Source of the DNA: Octopus vulgaris
Taxonomy: Eukaryota
Direction of reading: 5' to 3'
Length of the DNA: 64,000 bases
Assembly (NCBI GenBank): GCA_951406725.2
Contig: OX597830.1
Coordinates: forward strand, 3,472,001-3,536,000
Translations under genes and position numbers: made by a program
Notes under the pieces: generated by a model
Database searches by the model: none
What the model was told of the DNA's origin: nothing
Seen by the model: only the letters and a program-made list of their open reading frames with translations
Shown: one piece after another, positions 37,111-50,949 of the stretch
How positions within the stretch are numbered: position 1 is the first letter of the stretch
How the letters are laid out: each line of letters starts with the position of its first letter

Positions 37111-39522
37111 AGTATTTTTTTTTTTAATCTTTACTTTATTTTCATTTTGTAAATGGTTAGCAATGTATTTTGATTCTAATAGTAGAATTTCAAACTGATC
37201 TCAGAGTTTTGTAAATTTTCAGTGTTTATACTCAGATATGTCCTCAGAATTAATTGCAGAGACTCCATCAGTATTACCATCACAGACAATCTTTATGCAG
37301 CAGGACTTGAAAGATTTTACCGCTGTTTTATAGTTCAACATAATGACCATTTTCATCAGAGGTTTACAAAATAGTAATGAAGACATCAGGGGTCTCATTA
37401 AAATACCTAAAGCAGAAAATATTGGGAAGATTTTACAGTATTCATTATCAGAAGTGTAGTACAGGCTAATTTGAAGAGACTAAAACTGATGGCACATAAA
37501 TATTAGCAATAATAAAAGACATCACAAAGGCAATCAAGGACAAGTTCAGAGTTATAAGTGGAAAAGAAAACCTCCAAGTACCCCATTGTCACTAAAACAG
37601 ACAATATCATATTAAAATGTTTATTTGGAGAAATAATATTTATATATAATAATGTCTTTTAGAATAAAATAGAAAGTTGTCTGGTGCAATAGTTTTTTAA
37701 ATGAACAATTTCTAGTAAACAAATTATTCAACCAGAAACCAATATTTTTACAAAGACGTCCTTGTCAAAATTCCTCTGATTTATGGAAATTCTAAAAACT
37801 CACTGGAAACTTCATGCCAGTGTTCAGTCTACAGACAATACATTTGTACATTCCTTTTTCAATGGTTTGCTTGTCCAAAGCCAAAATATTTATTAAACAG
37901 GTGGTCAGTCATTGTAGCAAGTGTCATTATGGCCATTTATATCCACTGGTCAATGGATGACCTCACACTGAAATGTCATCTGTCCAGTGCGGTATTGTTT
38001 GTAAAATTAATTCTTTTTTTACCTCTTCTCTTCTCTCCTTTCCTATTGCCCAGCAATTGTATGAATTTAAATACTTTTTCTGAATGTAAGAGAATTATAT
38101 TGAAACAGTGTGCTTGAAACTGTATTTATACATGTGAACAGCTGTCTCTGTATTGGTTTCAGATTTTGGCACAAGGCCAGCAATTTTAAGAAAAGATTTA
38201 AGTGAGTTACATCAACCTCAGTGCTCACTTGGTACTTAGCTTACTGACCCTGAAAGGATGAAAGACCAAGTTGGCATCAGCGGGATTTGAACTCGAAGCA
38301 TTTTGCCCAGTGTGCTAATGATTCAACCAGCTCACCATCTTATCACTTGTCTCTTAAGCAAGAAACCAAACATATATATGTGAACATCCATGTCAGTGTT
38401 AAGGTAGCTAATTGGCAGTGTTGTTAAAGTATGGTACATATTCTGGCTCTATGAGTTCAATTCCCACTGAGGTCAACTTTACGTTTCATTCTTTTGTGTT
38501 CAGTTAATAAAGTACCAGTCATGTACTGGGATTGATTCTTCTCTTTCCTTATTTCTGTCCATTCCACTTATTAGAAGAAATTGGCAATGGTTAGACCTGG
38601 AGAGGACTACCAAATCTAAAAGTACCGCTATGATGTCATGTGGCAAGATATTGTCCATACAACTTCATCAAGGTTTTGTAGGAACAAAGTAAGGAAAGAC
38701 AATGCTTGTATTGTGATGTATATTAAAAGATGATTTTATAAGGCTTTATAAAATCTTTTGACTCACATTCTAATAGCTCCTAAAAACCAATTCAGATACA
38801 AATTTGTAAAACAAAATAATCTAAAAATAATTTTATACTGTTGATAAGGTTTATCTGAAATAGAAAAACGAAAAATTTTTTGAGTTATAAAAATACTGCA
38901 AATTTAAAATTCCTGAAATTGCTCGGAAATGTTTTCTAAAAAAATATATAAGCTTTAAGCAAACATAAACAAGAGTGTAAAAAGCTGAAGTGATGTTTAA
39001 CTGTTTTATGTGGTTGGCAGCCTGGAGTACAACAAGCAGATTTGCTTGTAGGGAAGAGCAAAAGGCTGCTAAAGTGATACCCTTTCTATGTTATTTTAAA
39101 CTAGACACTGGACAAGCACGAAATTCTTATATATAGTATACATATATGTTATCTTCCCATTATAGAGATAAGATGCATGTATGTGTTTGTGTTTGTACAT
39201 ATGTGCTTTGTAAAGTACTTGGCAACTTCACTGGTGTCAGTGCCATTAAGAAGCACTCATCTCCTCCTTTAAAATGTTTGTTATTAGGAAAGGCATCCAG
39301 CAGTAGGAACCAAACCAAAGCAGACATTGGAGCTTCACACAGCTTTCTGCCTCTCCACATCATGTTGAGCCAATCAGCTAATACCATCATAGAAAATGAA
39401 CATTAAATGGTTATGATATTCATATACACAGATAGATAGATTCCTGTGTGTATATACATAAATAAATACATACATACATAGATAATACTTACATACATAC
39501 ATACACACACACACACACATAT

Positions 39523-39563
<41 letters not shown>

Positions 39564-40429
39564 CATAATACATACATAATACATACATACGTACAGCATA
39601 CTAAACCGTTTCACTGGTATGCTAATTTGATTGGTATTTAAATATCCTCCTCTGTTTATTTAGTGTCTGGTGTCTCTGCATTAATTATCTCAAGCACAGT
39701 ATACTTTTAATTTGCATTTGTCCCTTGATTTTAGCAATTACTCTGATAAGTATGACTTGGATTCACATAAGTATATTTGAAAATAAAAATAGAGTAGATT
39801 TTATTAAATTGTCAATGGAAATCAAAACAATTGTATCAGTGAGAATATATTCTGGTTTAACTTTTAGAAGACAACCAAACAATGTATATTTTGGCATCTA
39901 TTTTTTCTATTTTGGATATTTTAGAGAAAATTTCTCCAGAGAAAAATGCACAAACATTGATTTTATCTTGTTAATTTTAGAAATATATCTATCTTCTATT
40001 GTTTATTTTTTTTCTTTTGGATAGTCTCAAATCTTATAAAACACTTGTTTCACAATCAGTTAAAACATTTTAAGAATGTTAAGTCAGACTCTATTTCAAC
40101 TCAATCACAGACTTAATTTTTCTCTGGAGATATTTGAGTTTCATTTCGCAAATGTTTTATTGCTTGATATGTCCGTAGAGTAACAACATCTACGGTTTCT
40201 AAGTAACACAGCTTTTCTGAGGTGTTAGGATGAGTTCAGCTTCCAATGTCAAATGCAACCAATGATGACATGATGGAAATACACATGGTAGTAACACAGA
40301 TTAAATATAAAATAAAACTCTTTGTGATTACATTGCTGAAATGAAAACTAGCGAAAAATATGCTTCTTTTAATACTGTTTGTGTATATAATATTTGTTTA
40401 TAAATATCAAATAATATTTGTATATTGAT

Positions 40430-40645
40430 ATTAGTTTTAAATTTTAGCACATGGCCAGCAATTTCGGAGTAAGGTTTAAGGCAGCGACATTGACTCCAGG
40501 GATCAGCTGGTATTTGTTTTATCGACGTCAAAAAGATGAAGGGCAAAGTCAACAGTAGCGATGTTTGAACCCAGAATGTTAAGACAGGTGAAGTGCTGCT
40601 AAGCATTTTGCCTGCTGTGCTAACGGTTCAGCCAGCTCACCACCA
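40430..40645 (-). mobile_element. SINE family B
   Basis: AAAAGATGAAGGGCAAAGTCAAC...GCCAGCTCACCACC. Confidence 0.75.
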
Positions 40646-40724
40646 TAAGTAGGTGTGAAAATAATTAAAGCAATATGTAAGTATTAGAGATATAGGAATA
40701 TCAGAAATATTAATCATATAGATA

Positions 40725-40981
40725 CTGTTAAGTGGCTGGCATTTGGAAGGGCATCCAGCTGTAAAAACCATGCCAAAACTGACCTCACCTGTGCTGGTGC
40801 CATGTAAAAAGCACTCATCCCACTCTGCAGAGTGGTTGGTATTAGAAAAGGGATCCAGCCATAAAAAAACCATACCAGAACGGACACAGTAGCCTGGGGT
40901 AGTCTTCTACCTGGCCAGCTCCTTGTCAAACTGTCCAGCCCATGGCAGCATGGAAGACAGATGTTAAATGATGATGATGAT
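40725..40981 (+). mobile_element. RTE LINE 3' UTR fragment
   Basis: Same sequence as 9715-9978, with a GATGATGAT tail. Confidence 0.8.
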
Positions 40982-41060
40982 CGTATTAACAAAATTAGTG
41001 ATGCAACCCATGAGAATATTTAATTTTGCTTTAACTCTAACCTCTGTCATTGGTATGTAT

Positions 41061-41118
41061 CAGTGGTTTCCAACCTGGGGTCTGGAAAAGTAGTACTAGA
41101 TGTCCATGAAGTATATTC

Positions 41119-41171
<53 letters not shown>

Positions 41172-41435
41172 TATATATATATATATATATATTATAATGG
41201 AATAATTACTATGAAGCATTGTGTAGAATATATTGTATAAAAGATCGTGGGTAAGGGCAAGACAAGGCAAAGTAAATGCAAGGTTAACCGCAAGGAAACA
41301 AATATGTGAATTAATGTAGACTTACTTTGTATTCAATATTTCGGGGTTATGACCCAATTTTCAAGAAATTGACAAATGTTGCCAATGTGTGTGTGATTCA
41401 TTTTTATTGTTTTCGCTTTACCCATGATCTTTTAT

Positions 41436-41481
<46 letters not shown>

Positions 41482-41550
41482 CATAAAGCTAGGCATATCA
41501 AAAGAGGTCTGTTGGAAAACTCATTTAGATAAAAGGGTTGGGAATCCCTG
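41061..41550. mobile_element. hAT-type MITE carrying a nested TIR element (41229-41443)
   Basis: Outer TIRs CAGTGGTTTCCAACC and GGTTGGGAATCCCTG. Inner 26-bp inverted repeat TATATTGTATAAAAGATC(G/A)TGGGTAA. Confidence 0.65.
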
Positions 41551-42091
41551 ATATATAACATGGCACCAGATATAAATTGTTTGCTTTGGCTAGAGTTAAA
41601 TGAAAAACACAAATATCTTGGGATAAATACATTATCCTATGTTTCTTTACTTATTCCTTCATTTAATGTTTTTTTCTCCCCACTACTATGGGTTTGGATG
41701 GTGAGTTATTTGAGGCAGTATTTTACAGTTGGATGCACTTCCTCTCACCAACCCTTCCCTACCTTTTATGTAAGGGATTTCTTTATTTGACATAATCATG
41801 ATATCCACATGGAATGTCAATATTGGCACTGCTTCATTTAAGCAGTGACTAGCATGGCATTTAACAATACATGCATGTTCACACACACACATATGCACAG
41901 ATGCAATGAGTTTCTGGCAGTCTCTCTCCACCAAATTATCTGACATGGCATTGGTTGTGCCAGGACTATTGTAAAGAATACTTACCCCAGCTGCCATGCA
42001 GTGAGACTGAACCTGGGATCTTGTGGTTGCAAAGTGAACTGCTTTACCACACAACCATTATTGTGCTTGTGTATATACATGTACATGTATG

Positions 42092-42428
42092 TGAAGGCAC
42101 ATGGCTCAGTGGTTAGAGTGCCAAACTCACAATCATGAGGCAGTGATTTTGATTCCTGGACTGTGTTGTGTTCTTGAGCAAGACACTTTATTTCACGTTG
42201 CTCCAGTTCACTCAGCTGTAAAAATGAGTTAAGACGTCACTGGTGCCAAGATGTATCAGCCTTTGCCTTTCCCTTGGATAACATCAGAGTCAGAGAGAGG
42301 GCTGGTATGAATGGGCAACTGCTGGTCTTCCATAAACAACCTTGGTCAGACTTGTGCCTCAGAGGGTTACTTTGTAGGTGTAATCCCATGGTCATTCATG
42401 ATCGAATGGGCTCTTTACCCTTTTACCC

Positions 42429-42431
<3 letters not shown>
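42092..42431 (+). mobile_element. SINE family C (CORE-like), full length
   Basis: TGAAGGCACATGGCTCAGTGGTTAGAG...GTTCTTGAGCAAGACACTTTATTTCACGTTGCTCCAG, with a TTTACCC repeat tail. Confidence 0.85.
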
Positions 42432-42473
<42 letters not shown>

Positions 42474-43606
42474 ACACACATGCATTTTGTTCTTGATAAA
42501 AAGAAAAGTAATTGTATTTATGAGTATGTCCAGCACACATAAGAAGGAAACAGCTGAGAGAGGAGGTGGAAAATAATACCCTTACACTTGTTGGTTAAGA
42601 AATAATGACATCCCAACTTGATTATCTCCCAACAGTTACCTGAAGTCTATTTTAGCAAAGGTTTAATGATTTAAGTATTAATCACACTGATCTCTCATCC
42701 ATGTGTCAGGGATATGTTAAAGTAATTTGAAAACATCAGAAATATAAAATATTTTATCACACAGTGGATAAGATTGAGTTAAAACCCAGCAAAACACTTC
42801 TTAAAGACTTTTAATTAACATACATGAAATACTTCCTCTGATAGTTTTATCTGCGAAAGATAGTTAAGTTGAGGAAGCTGACCACATTAACGTTGAAATT
42901 GACTACAAAATAAAACTGTTATCGCAGTAAGTTGTAGTCGGATAAAATTATTGATTATTATGGCGTGAAGGTAAAGGAATTGAATTTCCAGTGGAGGTGT
43001 GGGGGGCAAGGGGCATAAGATGACAAGCAGCTAATGTATAATTTTAACTCTATCTTTTATGACCCAATGATACTCATTAGAGTAAGCTACAGAACATTAT
43101 CATCACTTCAAACATTTCCCTAACTTTTACATAGTTTTACTTTAACTTTGAGAAAACACAAAAAACAAAAATGTTTACTAAGAAGCAATTCTGTTATTTG
43201 GATTTTAGTTTTGGGAAAATCTAAAGCAGACGGTTAATTCTACTAGTAAAGTAACATTAGTATTAGTATTATTAGTATTGCCATCATGGTCAGTATTTTA
43301 ATATACCATTTTATTATCAGAGAGGTTAGTTATCTCTACATGAAGAGGAAAGAATAAAAGAAATTCAGGATGAGAGAAAGTTACCAAGATAATTTAAAAC
43401 ATTATCAGGAATGAAGCAGATATAATATAGATATTCAAACTTTTTCTTCTACTGCAAACCTTTGGTTATTTCAATATTCAAAGTGTATTCAATCATTATT
43501 ATTCTGGGTTTTTTTCTTTATTTTAAAAGTCTAAGAACAGCAGACATTATGGTTCCAAAGATTAATTCTTTACTGAAGCAGAAACAATTGAATTAAATTG
43601 TTACAA

Positions 43607-43637
<31 letters not shown>

Positions 43638-44572
43638 CTTACATGTATGTGTGTGTGTGAATGATCGTTTTAATGTCTTCTTTTCAATGCTTTCATGGGT
43701 CAGATGAGACTTTCCTGAACCAGATTTCTCTATGGTCAAATGCTTTTCCTGTCACTAATCCTCACTTGTTTCCAAATATTTCCCCTACTCTTTCGAATAA
43801 CAAACAGCCCAGACATATTTTTGCAAAGGATTGTAAACAAACGACTCCATCTATATATATTCACACACAAACACACATTTTTGTATGTGTGTGTGCTTTT
43901 ATAGAGGATTGTAAGCAAACAATGCCATTTATGCACATACATATACAAAGAAACCTCTGGTTCCAATAAAATATACAGACTGGTCACTTCTGGTTCAGGA
44001 AATGCTCGCCCATATTTTGGAGCAATGATTCTCAACTATTTTTCACCTCTTCACTCATTTAATTCCCATCCTATTCCAGTGGGCCCCCATAGTCATTCGA
44101 TGTATATATAAAAAAACCTTACTGCATTTCTCTAATTAAATATTTTTAGGAATTGTATAAAAAAAATTTGTTAAAATATTTTGTGTATTGTAGAAGCAAT
44201 AACCAATTTTATTGCACACAAGGTTAAATGCAACAACAAAACTCTGGGTGTGTGTGAGTGTGTGTGTGTGTATGTGTCCTTGTGCCTAAGTTTTTCCCCC
44301 ACCTCTGCTTGACAACAGATGTTGGTCTGTTTATGTTCTTATACCTTAGCAGTTTCACAAATGAGACCAACAGAATAAGTACCAAACTTTTTAAAAAAGG
44401 GGTTTGATTCATTCAGGTAAAAGATGAAAAATAAAAAGATAAAAGTATAGCACTGTCCAAAGAAGCTTGAGTTGTCTTTGAGGTTTAAACTAGAATCAAA
44501 GAATTAAGAGCTAATTAGAGATGTGACAGTTCCTCAATCTTAATTCAAAGTAGTCCTGGCAGCATTTATATA

Positions 44573-44724
44573 TGGCGTTAGGAAGGGCATCCAGCTGTAG
44601 AAACACTGCCACATCTGACTGGCCTGGTGCAGCCTTCGGGCTTCCCAGACCCCAGTTGAACCGTCCAACCCATGCTAGCATGGAAAGCGGACGTTAAACG
44701 ATGATGATGATGATGATGATGATG
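44573..44724 (+). mobile_element. Young 152-bp RTE 3'-end insertion with TSD
   Basis: Nearly identical to the reverse complement of about 4950-5078. (GAT)n tail. TSD TTATATA at 44566-44572 and 44725-44731. Confidence 0.92.
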
Positions 44725-44861
44725 TTATATAGAGTTATTCGCAATACGTGTCATGCATACATTAGATGTATAGTGTTTGGTAATGTTAAATGTGACAGTG
44801 CCATTGGAGATGATCAGATAAATTGAATCCTGATATTTGTCACAGTCCTGATAAGATTTAG

Positions 44862-45280
44862 ATGCAGGCATAGCTGTGTGGTAAGAAGCCTGCTTCCCAA
44901 CCAGGTTCAGTCTCAGGTTCAGTCTCAGATCCAGGTTCAGTCTCACTGTGTGGCACTTTGAGCAAGTGGTCTCCTAGTATAACCTCAGGCTGACAAAAGC
45001 CTTGTCAGTGGATCTGGGAGATGGAAACTGAAAGAAGCCCATCATGTGTATGTGTGAGTGTTTATATATGTGTTTGTCCCCCCTCCACCACCACTTGACA
45101 ACTGGTGTCCATGTGTTTATGGCACCGTAAGTTAACAATTTGGTAAAAGAGACCGATAGAATAAGTACCAGGCTTAAAAATAAATTCTGGGGTCAATTCA
45201 TTCAATAAGGAATTCTTCAAGTTGGTGCTCCAGCATGGCCACAGTCAAATGACTGAAACAAGTAAAAGGTAAATGATAAA
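44862..45280 (+). mobile_element. SINE family A, full length
   Basis: GCAGGCATAGCTGTGTGGTAAGAAG head to GACTGAAACAAGTAAAAG tail. CAGGTTCAGTCT is triplicated in the B-box region. Confidence 0.85.
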
Positions 45281-45284
45281 AGAT

Positions 45285-45556
45285 ACATTTCGTTTTGGGA
45301 TTTTGTTTGCAAGATTCTTTATATGAGTTCGTGTGTTGAAGCATAATCTCTTGTGTCTGGGGAGAGTCATTTTCGTTGTGTTTTGCAACCTTTTCAATAG
45401 TTTTGAGTCAAGACTATTGAAAAGGTTGCAATACGCAACGAAAATTTTAGGAAAATAAAAATAAGAAATAAGTGGAAATTTTACGGGTGAGTGTGTTACA
45501 TTATAAGGCACAAAAAGAAAATGACTCTCCCCAGACACAACAAAAGAGTCATTGTT
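45285..45556. mobile_element. Palindromic element fragment (probably Penelope-like)
   Basis: Inverted repeat TTGTGTCTGGGGAGAGTCATTTTC (45351-45374) versus about 45518-45541. Inner palindrome with 38-bp arms centred on 45407. Confidence 0.6.
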
Positions 45557-45769
45557 CATATGCAAAGATGAGTGCAACATTGTTGCTGAATTAGGCCATA
45601 GCTGTGGCTGTTGAAGACAACTAAGTGTCATGTGACCCTTCAATGACGTTTTGTAGCTCCTCTTCATAGAAAGAATGCTTGGCCTGAGATGACACAATCG
45701 ATTGTGGGAGGAGTGAAGGGATGCAAAGTGGGATGCAATTAGTTTAAGGTCGCCTTACAGGCCCCCGTG

Positions 45770-45915
45770 ATTGGTGTTAGGAAGGGCATCCAGCTGTAGA
45801 AACTCTGCCAAATCAAGATTGGAGCCTGGTGCAGCCATCTGGTTCGCCAGCCCTCAGACAAAATCGTCCAACCCATGCTAGCATGGATAGCGGATGTTAA
45901 ATGGTGATGACGATG
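45770..45915 (+). mobile_element. RTE 3'-end fragment, same subfamily as 19242-21024
   Basis: ACTCTGCCA.ATCAAGATT.GAGCCTGGTGCAGCCATCTGG is shared with 20899-20940. Confidence 0.88.
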
Positions 45916-48900
45916 TGTGTGTGTGTGTGTGTGTGTGCATCTTTACCTTCATGCACGTGTGTGTGTGAGAGAGAGAGGCTGAAGAGTCAAGTGAGGATGA
46001 GAGCCATATTTTGTTTGAAGGTCATTGTAGAAAAAAATCATTGCCTTGGGTTGATTTGCAATAAGTTTCCACAATTGGGGACAAAGTGTATGCAGTGTCA
46101 GAAAAATGGAATGTAACAGGAATATGTGGGAAAGTTTTGTTGTTTGTGTGTAATACAGTATTGGAAGCAAAATGGCCAGTAAATGTGGAGACATTACCAA
46201 GGGGAGTATTATTAAAAGATTCATTTTTATTGAGGAATGGCAGAAATGAGAACTCCTAAATGTTAATAGCAGCCTTAATGGTAAGGAATCAGAAAGCCCA
46301 GCTACAAGCAATGGGTGATGTGTGGCAATGGCATTTGTTGGGGAAATGTTTGTTGCTAAATTGGTTCATTCATTTTAATAATTTCATTACTGCTTAAGTG
46401 ACATGATTCAAATGAAACCAGCCAATTCCTTATTATGAGCACAACTGAATTCATGAATATTCAAAGATTGAATTAACCTGAAAAATTAATTAATGTGGGC
46501 ATAAATTAATTATATAATCACACGTAGCTTTTATAGAGTTCCTCATTTTGACAGAATGGTAACGGCTCTTGGCAGCACGTGCTTTGACAAATTTCACCTT
46601 TCTTTTTCCAAGGAGAATTTAGTGAAAGCAATGCTGTCATGTTTTTAACCATTTTTATTAGAACAAACAACTTTACACTTGTAAACCCTTGCAACTTCAG
46701 TAGCTCTACCAAGCTACACATCCTGTCAACAGATTAGTAATTAATGTTCTTCTCTTGATTGGCTTTTGTAACCAATTATGTTATATAACAGTCAGCTAAT
46801 GTTTACACAGCAGTAGCAAGAGAAACCCATTTTGGCTGGAATCAACAGCTCTAAAACAACTAACCATTGCTGCTTCAGCCCCGAAATTATGCCACAAACC
46901 CTACAACGAATCGCTCTGCTCAGAGTTTTACTCAAGAATTGATAGCTTTAACAACTTTTGCAGTTTCAGTAGTTATTACAGTGTTCATCCTATAACGAGT
47001 TACTATATGCATCCATTTAGTTTTAAATTAATAACTTTGCTTAGCACTGTCTTCTGACTTGTCAGCTCCTGTCAAACCACCCAACCCATGCCAGCATGGA
47101 AAATAGATATTAAATGAAGCTAGTGATGATGATAGCCACAAACCTCTTTTTCCTCTTCATCTAGGACACTATTTACAATCTACTAGGTATAATTAAGCTT
47201 ATGGATTTCATTTTCTGTCCATTTCCTCTGAAAGTACGTTTATTTTTTAGTAGACACTCCAAGAACTAAACTGTATACACACTAAATATAAATATTTTTA
47301 ATAACTATGATTATTCAGTTGGCTTCAAGACCATAGCATCAAAGCCGCCACTTACAAATCGGTATGATCTCATAGCATTTATCAGGCTTTTGCTTGTGGT
47401 TATAGGTGGCCATATAGTTGTGAGCAGATATAAACATCCACCAGGTCCTTCAAATCTCCTTCAAATCATCCCACCATATTGAGATTTCATCTTTGAATGA
47501 TGTCACTCTCACTTCTTTGTCCTTCGTTATTCCTCGGAAGAAGAGTTAATTCCCTTTCATCCATCTTATTTGGTTTTTGTTGATTTTTTTCTTATTGTGA
47601 CTTTGATTCCCTTTATTTTGCTTTTGTATTTTTTTCTCCAGCAGTTTAGATACCATCCTCTTAGCCATTTATCTCTTTCTTGTCACATTACAGCAGAATA
47701 GTGGTGCTGATTTCTACCATTGGACAACAGGATACCTATTCACTTGTTTCTAGGACAGAACAGGACCCTTGACCTTGTGGATCATCCAGGATATGGCAAA
47801 GAGGGGGAGGGGGAGATAGAGATAGAAAGAGATAGGGAGGGATGAGAGAGAGAGAGAGATTGCACTAGTACTCAGCTGGTACTCATTTTCAGCTGAGCAG
47901 ACTGAAGCAGCATGAAACAAGGTACCTGGTGCAATGAGACAATGCAACACACTGACCAGGAATTCAACTCACGACTGACCTTAGGATTGTCAGCCCAACA
48001 CCCTCACCACTATACTTCACACCCTTCTCAGTTGACTTTACAAACACAATTATGTCAACTTTGATTTTTGAAATTTTCTATTTTTCTATCCTTCCTTTCC
48101 TCTCCATTTCCAAAAACCAAACCTGTGCCTTCGTATTTTTTATTTGTTGTATTCCTTTAAATTATTCTACCAACTTAGGTCAGACATGGTTAACATTATT
48201 AAGAATATAGGAAGAAGATATTGTAGTAATATAAGAATAAGAAAATATTAGAAATGTGAGGAATGTAGAGAAATACTGATATACATAATTCTTTATTATT
48301 CTCTTCTGCAAAAATCCTAATATCGATATTTTCCACCAATGGTGACCCACAGTGTGGTTTTTCTGTATTTTGCATGAAGGAATTCTTTACTTTTCTGGTA
48401 ATCATTTGGCAGTGTTGCAGATGTAATTAAATTCTTTCTAGTCATTATTGTTGCTGTTTTTGCTATTGTTGTTGGTGGTGATAATGGGGCTGGTGGTGGA
48501 TAGCTTTCTCTGGGGCTGTATAGCTAATGTACTTTACCTGTCCAGTGAAAATGAAGCTCCAAGGAAACTTTGATTATGTGAGGGTTTTGTAGGAATGAAA
48601 GATGGTTACTGTTTCCAACTTAACTATCAAAGGTGAAGCATATTTGGAAGCAAGGATAATGATCATAGAACTGGTAAAACTTTGCTTCGATGTACCTGAA
48701 GGCTTAGAAGTCAGGGTGTTGAGTTTTGGGGTGGGAGAGGTTATTGTTTAACCCTAGGTCAACCGTGATTGAACAGACCAGTAATGGCATCCTAATCAGG
48801 ATTACCCTGCCTTTTGAAGGGAACATTGGAATACATTGTACAGCATATCCTTTCTTTTTGTCAATACAGTTGGGAGATTTAAGGAGGAAGGCTGGCAAAA

Positions 48901-50371
48901 TCATTAGCAGCATTTTGTCTGTCTTTATATTCTGAGGTTGACTTTGAGTTGACTTTGCTTTTCATCCTTTCAGGGGTTGATAAATCAATTTACTCCTTCC
49001 CCAAAATTCAAAAGCAATATGGCAGGATGATTTGAAAGAGATTTGGCTACTATTTCTAGCAGGTTGAACAGTAACAAAGAGGATCTCTCAGTGACTCCAA
49101 GTCGGTTGTCTTAAATGGGGGTGAGGAATGTTAATGAGGAGGACAACATAATACCTGGGTAAAGGTTGTGTTTAAGTATTAGAAAGGTGTGATGTACAAA
49201 TAGTACAGGAATTTATCGGTTCACTTGCCAGTTAACATGATCAACCTTTAACTAACACTGTGGCAGAATAATTAGTTTTGCTGGCAGTATTTAAGTTGGC
49301 ACTTAATTAACTAACATTCCTTCATATTAAACTCCATTACAGTCTCATGTGGTTTACTTAATTTATTCTAATTTTGATACCTAATTTAATAATGAATTCT
49401 CGTTTGTGTCACGTTAACATTAATTTCCACTATATATCTAATAAGAAACACATGTCTCTTAGTAAATGCTACTAATAAGTGCTTTTCACTAATCTCGAAG
49501 AGTTTGCTATGAAATCCCAAGAATCAAATCAAAACTTTTATCGAAAAGTGAGCTCTGGCCACCAAATGACAAGTAATTCCATTAAGTGAAGTTATCACTT
49601 ACTCCATAGACTTTCTGACATCTTGAGATCCACAATTTATTCTAAATTCATATTTCTCTAGATTTTATGGAAAATTTTGTTTTATATTCCTGTCTTCAAC
49701 TCCATTCCTTGAATTCTAGTTTATTTCCATCCATTTCCTGCAATGCAACTTAATCTAGTTCTGAAGATCTTTGGGGATTTAAAATCCAATGTATCAACCA
49801 AGCATATAATGTATGATTAAATTCGGTCCACTTTTTGTCAATGCAGCACCATGGGCTGTAACAGAATGTTTGTAAAGTTAATATGCGAGAGCACATAACT
49901 CAGCTATATTAGGTCTGAGAAAATTGAAATCACAATTCTACCGTTGCTGATCACATAGAGTTTTTAACTTAGTTTTATACTAGAAAATCTTCTGTTGACA
50001 CTGAATACATTTTCATTATTCATCTCGGGTTATTTCGTATATTCTCTGTTGGCACATACATATATTGTTCTTCTACAATTCTATTAGATGTAAAGCACTG
50101 AATTGCAAAGTTAGGCCTTCATTTCCATCTTTTAAATGCACATGAATTATATGTACGTACATCTGTGTATATGAGAAACAGCTTCGCTTTATCCAGATTA
50201 TGAAGGTCTAGAAGCAATGATGTGCCAAGCAAATTTACTCTTACAAACAAAATATACACGACTAATAAAAGGAAACAGGAAAAACTGTTAATAAAAAAAA
50301 AAGAGAGAGAATTTGAACTCTGTATTCATTTTAATAACAATAAATGATGATGATGATGATGATGATGATAA

Positions 50372-50639
50372 TACCCTGGCTATGGAAAATGAAGAAGGTG
50401 AAGATAGTGCCAATTATTGTTGGGTCCTTGGGAACAGTATCAGAAGGCATAAAGAGGAATATAAAGGAAATTGGAATAGAGTGCCCAGTAGAACTGTTAC
50501 AAAAGGTTTACCTCGTTGGCACGGCCAGAATAATCAGGAAAGTATTAGATAGCTGAAATGAACGGATAGCATGGTACCATAGCAAGCCCACTACACATGC
50601 AAGACTTCAGGAGTTCCAACAAAACCTGTGATAAAAAGA

Positions 50640-50673
<34 letters not shown>

Positions 50674-50901
50674 GTAATAGTAATAATAATAGTGATAACA
50701 ATTTGGGAACAGTATCAGAAGGCATCAAGAAGAATATAAAGGAAATTGAAATAGAATGCCAAGTAGAACTGTTACAAAAGGTTTGCCTCCTTAGTATAGC
50801 CAGAATAATCAGGAAAGTATTAGAGAACTGAAAAGGATGGATAGCATGGTACCGTAGGCTGCAAGACTCCAGGAGCTGCAACAAAACCTGTGATAAAAAG
50901 A

Positions 50902-50946
<45 letters not shown>
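50372..50946 (+). mobile_element. Two tandem 3' ends of an R4/Dong-clade non-LTR retrotransposon with (TAA)n tails
   Basis: LWKMKKVKIVPIIVGSLGTVSEG...LLQKVYLVGTARIIRKVL*, then a second LGTVSEG...ARIIRKVLEN*. Each is followed by a short UTR and (TAA)n. Confidence 0.85.
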
Positions 50947-50949
<3 letters not shown>

